Shown here: positions 30,681-38,817 of the stretch, one piece after another
Numbering within the stretch: position 1 is the first letter of the stretch
Layout: each line of letters begins with the position of its first letter
IMG/VR virus record: IMGVR_UViG_3300042516_002489
Coordinates: 506 to 64,505 of that record
Source of the DNA: a virus
Taxonomy: Duplodnaviria; Caudoviricetes
Length of the DNA: 64,000 nt
Strand: one strand, 5' to 3'
The notes under the pieces: generated by a model
Databases searched by the model: none
What the model was told of the DNA's origin: nothing
The model's input: only the letters and a program-made list of their open reading frames with translations
Program-made: the position numbers and the translations under genes

Positions 30681-30843
30681 CTTTTTATTTCTAAAACCCG
30701 GCGTGTCGTGATCAAGATCACATTGTGAATTACGACACATTACAAAAATGTCCGATTTACCCCATATCTAACTAGCCTGATTTGCATATGTCGGTGGCTC
30801 ATGTTATGATTGTACTAACAAACAAACAGAAAAGAGAAAACTC

Positions 30844-31866
30844 ATGGCACATGACCTAGAAACACAAAACGGAAAAACATCTTTTGCATCTTTCCGTGAA
30901 CCTGCATGGCATGGATTGGGTACCGTATTCACAGAGGAAAAAACAACCGTTGAAATGCTGGAAGCAGCAAATCTAAATGGTTGGAATGTTCGTCTTGAGG
31001 ATTTGGAAACCCCATCACATCTAACAAGCGACAAGTCATACCAATATGTCTTGCGTACAAATCCTACCGATAACACCCAGACCGATATTCTCGGCGTAGT
31101 TGGTGAGCGTTATCATGTATTGCAGAATGAGGATTTATTTTCATTCGGTGATAATATCCTAGACGGCGGTGGTCGTTGGGAAACCGCTGGCTCAATCAAG
31201 GGTGGTCGTGTTGTGTTCGGTGCATTAGCACTAGAGCGTGAAACAATCCTAGACCCTAACGGCGTAAGTGATAAGGTAAAAACTTATTTGCTTATCAACA
31301 CATCACACGATGGCTCAATCGCTATTCAAGCAAGCATAACACCCGTTCGTGTTGTGTGCGCTAATACTCTCAACCTTGCTCTTGGTGGCGTAGGTCGTAA
31401 GAAAAATAAAGGCATCAAGCAATCATTCAAGATTCGCCACACACAAACTGCAAATGGTAAAGTGCAGATTGCTCGTGAGACTCTTGGTCTTGCTAATGCT
31501 TACATGGATGAATTTGATATTATGGCTAAGGCTATGATTGAAAAAGAAGTCAATGCTCTTGATTTCAACAAAATCATTCTCGCCGCATATCCTAAGCCAG
31601 AAAAAGATGCTAAGGGTTCAATCAAGAAGTGGGAAAATAAAGTTGATGTTATCAACGATATTTACACTGGTGAATTCAATGGCATGATTGCTGGCAATGC
31701 GTGGGGTGCTTTCAATGCACTTACTGAGCGCCTTGATTGGTACCGTTCTGCTCGTGGTGGTTCTAACGAATCTATCCTTGCAAGCGCAAGCGGATTTGAC
31801 CCTGCTATCAACGCAGAAAAAAATCGCTTACTAAAAGTTGTGCAAGGCGTAATGTCTCTCGCATAA
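30844..31866 (+). CDS. DUF932 / TIGR03299 phage-plasmid protein
   Basis: REPAWHGLG, LGVVGERY..LQN, ETAGSI.GG, NTSHDGS, TPVRVVCANTL, IRHT motifs. Confidence 0.9.
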   Translation: MAHDLETQNGKTSFASFREPAWHGLGTVFTEEKTTVEMLEAANLNGWNVRLEDLETPSHLTSDKSYQYVLRTNPTDNTQTDILGVVGERYHVLQNEDLFSFGDNILDGGGRWETAGSIKGGRVVFGALALERETILDPNGVSDKVKTYLLINTSHDGSIAIQASITPVRVVCANTLNLALGGVGRKKNKGIKQSFKIRHTQTANGKVQIARETLGLANAYMDEFDIMAKAMIEKEVNALDFNKIILAAYPKPEKDAKGSIKKWENKVDVINDIYTGEFNGMIAGNAWGAFNALTERLDWYRSARGGSNESILASASGFDPAINAEKNRLLKVVQGVMSLA

Positions 31867-31871
31867 TAAAA

Positions 31872-31899
31872 TATCCTGAGCAAGATAAAAAACTGCTCA
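31872..31899 (+). ncRNA. Pseudoknot motif copy directly 5' of tRNA-Asp
   Basis: TATC-CTGAGCAA-GATA-AAAAAC-TGCTCA. Confidence 0.6.
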
Positions 31900-31905
31900 C
31901 CATTT

Positions 31906-31982
31906 GGTTCCGTAGTTTAGTTGGTTAGAACGCTACCCTGTCACGGTAGAGGTCGTGGGTTCAAGTCCCATCGGAGCCGCCA
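31906..31982 (+). tRNA. tRNA-Asp(GTC)
   Basis: Cloverleaf GGTTCCG/CGGAGCC, anticodon arm CTACC-CTGTCAC-GGTAG, TTCAA T-loop, encoded CCA. Confidence 0.95.
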
Positions 31983-32138
31983 AAGTAATCTCAAGATCTT
32001 GCGGGCCGGTCTCTATAACATTTTGTTACAAACCTTATTACGGTAGTATGATATTTTTCCCAAATCTCTATTACGGGACTTGCTATTTTTTCCCAGTTCG
32101 GGTACAATTAATATATACCTACTAACCAAAGGACCACC

Positions 32139-32564
32139 ATGAGAGAAAGATCAAAAGGCTATATTGGCCAAATCGTTGACGGTAAGAAACTAGCCACAAT
32201 TGCAAACAACATCTATCGTCTACAGTATAGTAATGACTTTAGTGAATGTACAGTAGATAATCTTCTACTCGTTACCCTGGATGAAAAAAATGTATTTGGC
32301 GATAACAAGTACGCTTTGGTTTGTTCAGAAGGCGTTGGCTGGGAGCAGGATACTTATGGATGTTTAGAAGTACCAACTAACATTGGTCAAATGGGTCTAT
32401 GGAATGGAAGAGTGTTTATATCAGTAGACACTGTTAAAGAATGTCTATCAGATCAAATAGCAGATATCGCAGACTATATCCGTGTCTTTGGTGACCGACT
32501 AGAGCGCAACTGTGACCTATGGCAATCCAAAATGTCAGTGGCAAAGGATATGATAGTAGTATGA
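32139..32564 (+). CDS. Hypothetical protein
   Basis: 141 aa, RBS AAGGA. Confidence 0.65.
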   Translation: MRERSKGYIGQIVDGKKLATIANNIYRLQYSNDFSECTVDNLLLVTLDEKNVFGDNKYALVCSEGVGWEQDTYGCLEVPTNIGQMGLWNGRVFISVDTVKECLSDQIADIADYIRVFGDRLERNCDLWQSKMSVAKDMIVV

Positions 32565-34552
32565 CCACAACATACAAACCATACACAATATCAGAACTCG
32601 TAAATGAGATTTATGAGGATAACCTATCGCATTTTGAGTTTGAGGAAAACATGGGGGGAGACCCTTGTGATTGCCATTTACATATTACCATGAACACTAT
32701 TGTCAAGTATTGGGGAGAGTAATGCTAGGTTATACAATGAATGATTTAAACAACATGAAGTATGGTGTTGACTCTGCTCTACTTGTTCTTGATTCAGATG
32801 AGCACCCTGCTATTCATAATTATCTAGTTACCGCTTCAGATTTCTTGGGTGGTCTATGGGCAGAAGGGTATTTTGACAATGTGGACTAAGTATGATTATC
32901 TCTGTACTGATTGTGATGCCCTTATAGAGATTACTGCTTGTGCTGATGTTTGGAAAGATCCCGCCTGTATTTGCGGGGGACTAGGGGTAGTTATCCTATT
33001 ATCAGAATCAGGTGCAAGAGGACCCCTGTTAGAGGATGTGAGGAAGGTCACACCCCGTGAAGTTGTAAAAATCAACACCAACCCCTATAATTAATATATA
33101 GACCTAAAGGAGACCCAAATGCCAATGTATGACATTAAAGTAGTTGTTGAATATATGTATGAAGTAGAAGCAGAAAACGAAGCAGAAGCCGAGGAACAAG
33201 GCTGGCACTACGAGGACTATGCTTATTCAGGTGAAGTGTATTCAATTGATGTAGATGAAAAACCTGAAGAAGATGAAGAAGTAGAGTTAGATGAGGAAGT
33301 AATCTAATGGACATACAAACCTTCAAAGAGTATCTTAAGTTACATCTTCTCTCTCTAGAGCAAGACTCAGAGCGCCTTGAAGCAGTAATGAATCAATACA
33401 ACAACTTTGAGGATGACTCATACCGTGAATTGGAGATTGAAGATATCTCTACTAATGGACAGATTATTGCCTGCTACCACTTACTAGGAGTACTAGATGA
33501 GCACTAAGTATCCTTTCATCCCCCAACATTTAGAAAAAGCCCTTGAAGATGTAACTATCCCATTAATCGATCTCATGCACGGAGAACTTAAAAACCTTAT
33601 GCTTGAGTGGGAAAGTAAAGAGTTTGAGGATAAGCAGTGGGCAGAGGGCTACAAAGACTGCTTGACAGACCTGTACTGCCTAACGTATAATTTATCTATA
33701 GACAGAAAACGCATAGAGGAGACCCGATGACACCACAAGAAATGTTAGAACAAATGATTGACGCTGCTTGGCAAGACTTTGCTGAGATTTCTAAAGCAGA
33801 AGAAGAAGACGACTACAGCGATGCCATGGTATCTATGGACCGTACCCGTGCAGAGGGGTTTGCTGAGGGACTTGCAACTGCATACCATTTAGTGTATGAT
33901 AGAGAGTACCTACCACAAGAAATCGCAGGTGACGAATAATGCCTAAATGTTTAGACTGTAATAATACTACCCGCTTTTGGTATGTAGAAGTAAGCCACAA
34001 ACTTGGTATGTATGCCGAGGACGGCACAATGGAGGATGTAGAGGATGACTACTACGATGAAGTAGAAACCTCAACTGGAGAGTGTGCAGAGTGCGAGTCT
34101 AAGAATATCGAGGGGCCACTCTAATGGATACCTTTATTGAGATGGACTTTGACGAGTGGTGTGATACATATAAGCCAATCCCTAATAATATAGAGACTAA
34201 TGCCTCTTTTGACGGGACCATGTTTGAGACTTATGGTGATGAGGTAGAGTTTGTCAAGAAGGCTGACCCTGCTCATATATGGACCTATGGTGACGGAGAT
34301 GATGGTGGGTCTTACATATGGAACGGCTGGTCTTTTGTTAATCGAATAGGATACTTTATCACTGAGGTTCCTTGTCCCGCTGATACTACGATTCAAATTA
34401 AGGTTAGTTCTTATTGGTTTTATTGCGAAGCCTGCAGTGCAGAGATTGAGGATGATGGCCAATTAATTAATGATAAATACTACGAGTTGGGTTTTTGCCC
34501 AGAATGTGCTACAGTAGAACAGAAGGCAGAGGCAGAAAGGGAATCAGATTAA
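32561..34552 (+). other. Array of about nine short, mostly acidic, translationally coupled ORFs
   Basis: ORFs starting near 32561, 32722, 32879, 33119, 33307, 33497, 33727, 33939 and 34124 with overlapping start/stop codons; several carry CxxC pairs. Confidence 0.65.
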
Positions 34553-34639
34553 GTTATTACAATTCTTGATGACTTGGTTTGCAATAACAATAACAATATG
34601 GTTTGTCACAGGACACCTATAACACCAAAGGAGAAATAT

Positions 34640-34969
34640 ATGAAAGCAGTACTAACAGATTTAGTTTATGCAGGTTCGTTTGGAGTTGACTCAGGTCAAG
34701 CAATGGTAGGTGACCCCTGCTATCTAGATGACTGGGATACAAATAAAAGTGAGGAATGGAATCTAGAAGGCAAGGTTGGCCAGTACTCCTATCAAGGGGC
34801 AAGCGCAACAACCTTGGAGTCGGACTATGGCTCTCTTGGGTTTCATAATGCTGTAGTATTTTCTACAGGTTATGGCGATGGTGTCTATCCTGTCTATGTA
34901 CAAATGAACGATGATGGTCGAGTCTCTAAGGTCGTAATTGATTTTGAGGGAGAACTTGATAATGAATAA
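34640..34969 (+). CDS. DUF4241-like protein
   Basis: FGVDSGQ..VGDPCY and FSTGYGDGVYPVY motifs. Confidence 0.75.
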   Translation: MKAVLTDLVYAGSFGVDSGQAMVGDPCYLDDWDTNKSEEWNLEGKVGQYSYQGASATTLESDYGSLGFHNAVVFSTGYGDGVYPVYVQMNDDGRVSKVVIDFEGELDNE

Positions 34970-35159
34970 GGATGATCTTAATATTAAATTAAATCAGGCG
35001 CAGCAATTGCTATGGGGTGGGTCTGAGACAGAAAATATTGAAGCCCATAACATTATTGCTAAGTTAATTGGAGACCTAGAAGAGGACCCCTATGTGGACA
35101 CAGCCGACATTGTTTGATATCATTGAAGTAAACACCTACGACCTAAAGGAGCAAGAATA

Positions 35160-35525
35160 ATGGGAGCACGTATAAATTTTGTATTCAAGGATTCAGAGGA
35201 CGGACCTAGCGTGGTCCTATACAGCCACTGGGGCCAGGATTCATGGGAGACTGATATCGCAGAGGCCCTAAGACATGCAGCGCCACGCTGGTTTGATGCC
35301 GCATATGGTACCCGCATGATGATTAGTTATTTAATCCAACACAACATTCTTGATGAGACAGGGTTTGGCCTATACGCTATTAATGGGACCAACTACGACC
35401 TAGGCGAGCAGACGGTAGTCATCGACTTTACTAACAAGACTATCACTGATAATGTGCCCGTGGAATGGGAAGCATTTATTAATGCATATGCACCAAAGGT
35501 TTTTGCTGAGCAAGACTTGGGGTAG
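35160..35525 (+). CDS. Hypothetical phage protein
   Basis: MGAR.NFVF...VVLYSHWG; RBS AAGGAG. Confidence 0.7.
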   Translation: MGARINFVFKDSEDGPSVVLYSHWGQDSWETDIAEALRHAAPRWFDAAYGTRMMISYLIQHNILDETGFGLYAINGTNYDLGEQTVVIDFTNKTITDNVPVEWEAFINAYAPKVFAEQDLG

Positions 35526-35541
35526 GGTCATCCCAGTCTAA

Positions 35542-35590
35542 GGGGTCGAGGGGGCAGTGCTGTGGTGGGCTTGCCCTCTCCCCCACTTTT
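35542..35590 (+). terminator. GC-rich hairpin, terminator-like
   Basis: GAGGGGGCAG...TTGCCCTCTC stem followed by a T tract. Confidence 0.45.
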
Positions 35591-35616
35591 TGGTATAATG
35601 AATTGAGAGGAGTACC

Positions 35617-35850
35617 ATGTATCGTATCAGTAAAACTATAACTAAAACAAATGAAGAAAAAGTCGCTGAAAAGATTGGCGTACTACTATCAGATTTTCAT
35701 CTTGACTTAGAAAAGGTTGGGGTCTATATGGCTCGTAGTCTTCCTTATCTTGTTTTTCGCAGGGGACTTGAAGTACTGGAGTCTGCCCAATTCCAACTTG
35801 ACATAGTAGAACAAAAGAGAGTAGAATATAACCATGACCGACTTTTCTAA
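35617..35850 (+). CDS. Hypothetical protein
   Basis: 77 aa after TGGTATAAT and GAGGAG. Confidence 0.7.
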   Translation: MYRISKTITKTNEEKVAEKIGVLLSDFHLDLEKVGVYMARSLPYLVFRRGLEVLESAQFQLDIVEQKRVEYNHDRLF

Positions 35851-36100
35851 TATATGCGATATCTTAGGACAACTCTATGAAGACTATAGTGAAGACCCAG
35901 GGTTCAGAGAGTTCATAGAATTCAACGACATTGGTTTGCCACTTGCTTATTTGGCACAAGAGAATTTGTGCGCTGTAAGTAGCGACGGAGAAAAATATGT
36001 TGCTGAAACTTGGCAACTATTCTTGGCTTCTCTAAACCTTGAAGACGAAGGTTTTGAAAGTCTTGACGAAGTGCTTTCTGCTTCAAGCAACGGGGAGTGA
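35834..36100 (+). CDS. Hypothetical protein (paralog of 52612)
   Basis: C.ILG.L...FIE.NDIGLP.A...ETW..FL motifs shared. Confidence 0.7.
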   Translation: MTDFSNICDILGQLYEDYSEDPGFREFIEFNDIGLPLAYLAQENLCAVSSDGEKYVAETWQLFLASLNLEDEGFESLDEVLSASSNGE

Positions 36101-36129
36101 TCCCTGCCCTTCGGGGCCGGAGTCTATAT

Positions 36130-37850
36130 CATAGAAAACCATCTATGTCAAACCACATTTCCTAAAAACTTATTACGATAGGGCTATTTTTTTCCCAGAT
36201 CCATAGACAAACCTTCAAACCTTATTTCCAAAAAAACATTACGAACCCTAAAAAACTTTTCCCCGTACCAAACCTTATTTCCCAAACCATCAAACCAGAT
36301 ATAAAGGTTTGGTATTGTATCTTATACTACTGACATTACGATCATTCTTATTTATCCCCCGATCTAAGGCTGTTTACTAAGCCTATCAAACATTGTAGAA
36401 CGGTTTGTAGATGGTACAATAGAATATGGGGAAAAAACAAATCATTCAATTTGAGTCAGTGCATTCAGCACATCCCAATGTAATGATTCCCGCAAAAAGT
36501 TTAGTTCCTAAATGGTTTAAAGATGAAAAACTACTAACACCACCAGAAACAACTTTTAAAAATTGTGTACCTTTTTTGGACTCTTTAATATCTGGATATC
36601 TGGTAACACTGCCTGTAGACATTCTTGTAACACAACAAGATGGTCATCCAATTATTAACTGGAGACAGTCTAATGATGGTTTGACAATGGTTGGTTTTAG
36701 ACTTAATGAATCTATAGACAGGATCCCAACCCCGCATGGGTATCATAAGGATTCTTTCTATTGGCACTTTCCAGTATCATTTAAACTACCCATAGGGTAC
36801 AGCGCTTTGTTGACGCAACCAATAAACAGGTTTGATCTTCCATTTCAATCTCTTTCTATAGTCTTGGATGGTGGATATACCCTTGTTCCAGAAGCCCGTG
36901 TCACTTTCTTTATTCGTGAGGGGTTTGAAGGTATCATTCCACAAGGTACTCCGATACTTCAGATCATACCATTTAAAAACGAAGAGTGGGTTGCTAAAGA
37001 TACACCAGGTATAGTTGCTGAAGGGCAAAAGAGTAAGGTGCTCTCAAACTCTGTATATGTAGGCTGGTATAAAAAAACATGGTGGGCTAAAAAAAATTAC
37101 AACTAACTAACAGAATAAGGACATTACGATCCCAGGGGATCTAGCGGGGGATTACGAATGATACCAAATTCCCCTAGCATAATACACACTAAATAGACAA
37201 ACCTTTTTTCCTGGTTTTCTAGAAATTATCAAACCTTTTATATATTTTTTCCTGGTTTTTCCTAGATTTTCTGGACATTTTGCTACATTTTGTAGAGGGT
37301 TTTTAGGCTATAAAGGTTTGACAAATAGGAGGTTTGGGGGTATAATGTGAGGTTTGGGAATGTGAGGTTTGACATATGAAGGTTTGTGTGATAGGAGGTT
37401 TGGCCCCTTAGACATTACGACCCCATCTGTCTAAATGCTCAATGCTCCCTTTCTCTCCACTTTCCTCCACTAAAAGAATATCTAAAAAATATCAGTAAGA
37501 TTTATCTGTGGATAAACCTGTGGATAACTATGTTATATAGCCGTTATCAAACCAGAAATATCAAACCTTTGCCTGTGGATAACTCGTAGAGTTACTCTGA
37601 TAAACTATCAAACCAGTAGTATAATCAACCTATGGACCTAGCAACATTATTCATTTATTGGATATACGGAATGATCGGATTATCAGGTTTGCTAATGCTT
37701 TGGGCTATTAAAGAGTGTATTTTCCCAGGGGATAAGTAACCATGGATATGTTGGTTTTCTGCGCTATCCCATATATCCTGGCTATCGCCTTAGCATCTTA
37801 TATCTGGTATAGGGGCTAATATCTTATACTAGGGATTACGATGCCCTATT
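36130..37850. repeat. Repeat-rich interval (CAAACC/AGGTTTG, ATTACG, DnaA boxes) interrupted by one gene
   Basis: Six AGGTTTG at 37314-37402; TGTGGATAA at 37507, 37519, 37574; GACATTACGA at 36332, 37120, 37411. Confidence 0.7.
36426..37106 (+). CDS. Hypothetical protein (same family as 15000 and 41607)
   Basis: TFKNCVPFLD...GY, LPIGYS, IPQGTPILQIIP; leaderless after TGGTACAAT. Confidence 0.7.
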   Translation: MGKKQIIQFESVHSAHPNVMIPAKSLVPKWFKDEKLLTPPETTFKNCVPFLDSLISGYLVTLPVDILVTQQDGHPIINWRQSNDGLTMVGFRLNESIDRIPTPHGYHKDSFYWHFPVSFKLPIGYSALLTQPINRFDLPFQSLSIVLDGGYTLVPEARVTFFIREGFEGIIPQGTPILQIIPFKNEEWVAKDTPGIVAEGQKSKVLSNSVYVGWYKKTWWAKKNYN

Positions 37851-38050
37851 GACTTCCCCCGCAAAATTTGAGATAATGGTTTTATGACTACAAAAACAAA
37901 ATCTCCTACTAAAGTGGAGATAAATATTAAAACCAGCAAGTGGAGATTTTTAGATACCCAACTTGGAGTTTATTCTTTAGAAGAATGGAATACAAAGAAA
38001 GAAGCACACAAGCATGCTGGTAAGTATCGCAGAAAGCATGGGCTATAAGC

Positions 38051-38533
38051 ATGCAAACCTTTCTACCTTCAGCAGATTATGAATACGCTGCCCAAACCCT
38101 AGACAACAAGCGCCTTAATAAACAAATCCTAGAAGGCTATCAGATTATGAAGGTTTTGTCTGGCGCTTCTGAGTCTGGTGCTTGGCGAAACCATCCAGCA
38201 GTTCTTATGTGGAAGGATGCCGAACATAGTCTTATGGACTACATAGATAACATGGTTTATGAAGCGAACTTTCGTGGTATCAAGACTGATAAAAATGTAT
38301 CAAACCTTCAAACCCTAAAGCGATCATTTAGCCATATGTGGGGTAACATTAAACCTGTTTGGTCAAAGCCAGAACATATTGATAGAGTCATTACTACTCA
38401 TAGGGTTAATCTTTATCGTAAGGATTCTGTTCTTTATTCTCAATTCTATACCGCCAAAGATTCAGAATTTAATACACCTTGCTGTGATAAATGTTTATAT
38501 TATTGGGCTACACACAGGGAACGTAACCGATAG
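38051..38533 (+). CDS. Pyrimidine-dimer DNA glycosylase family (DenV/MSMEG_6728-like)
   Basis: MQTFLP...LD.KRL.KQ..E..QI, W.NHPAV.MW, HR.NL.RKD motifs. Confidence 0.8.
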   Translation: MQTFLPSADYEYAAQTLDNKRLNKQILEGYQIMKVLSGASESGAWRNHPAVLMWKDAEHSLMDYIDNMVYEANFRGIKTDKNVSNLQTLKRSFSHMWGNIKPVWSKPEHIDRVITTHRVNLYRKDSVLYSQFYTAKDSEFNTPCCDKCLYYWATHRERNR

Positions 38534-38817
38534 TGAACCGATAGGTTCATAGGGTGGTTTGATACTTCTATTTTGCGCCGAACTTTAGTTGCACTTTTCG
38601 CCGAACTTTGGTACACTTGAGTTATGAACAATCATAATTGTGATTTTAGGGTTGACCTAGATGGGCAGATAACTTGCTCTGTTTGTGGTGCTATGGATGA
38701 CAATATGAAACCAGATATTTTTGAAAGCCAGGTTGATTTTGAATAAGAACGAATGTCTTAAGTGCGAGATGCACCATAAAGATCCACTATTTTGGGAGAC
38801 TCATCAAACTATGACTG

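Noticed and set aside
25402-31899. Hammerhead ribozyme or preQ1 riboswitch identity for the CTGAGCAA motif
   Set aside because: No CUGANGA...GAAA three-stem core. Copies lie at operon 3' ends, not in leaders of queuosine genes, and stem 2 is fully paired without needing a ligand.
35506-35514. CTGAGCAAG resembling the pseudoknot motif
   Set aside because: Inside a CDS and lacks the downstream AAAC-TGCTCA arm.
22920-36120. CRISPR array or classical integron interpretation of the periodic repeats
   Set aside because: Units are ~1.3 kb multi-gene blocks, the repeats are short and degenerate, and no cas or integrase gene or attC-like structure was seen.
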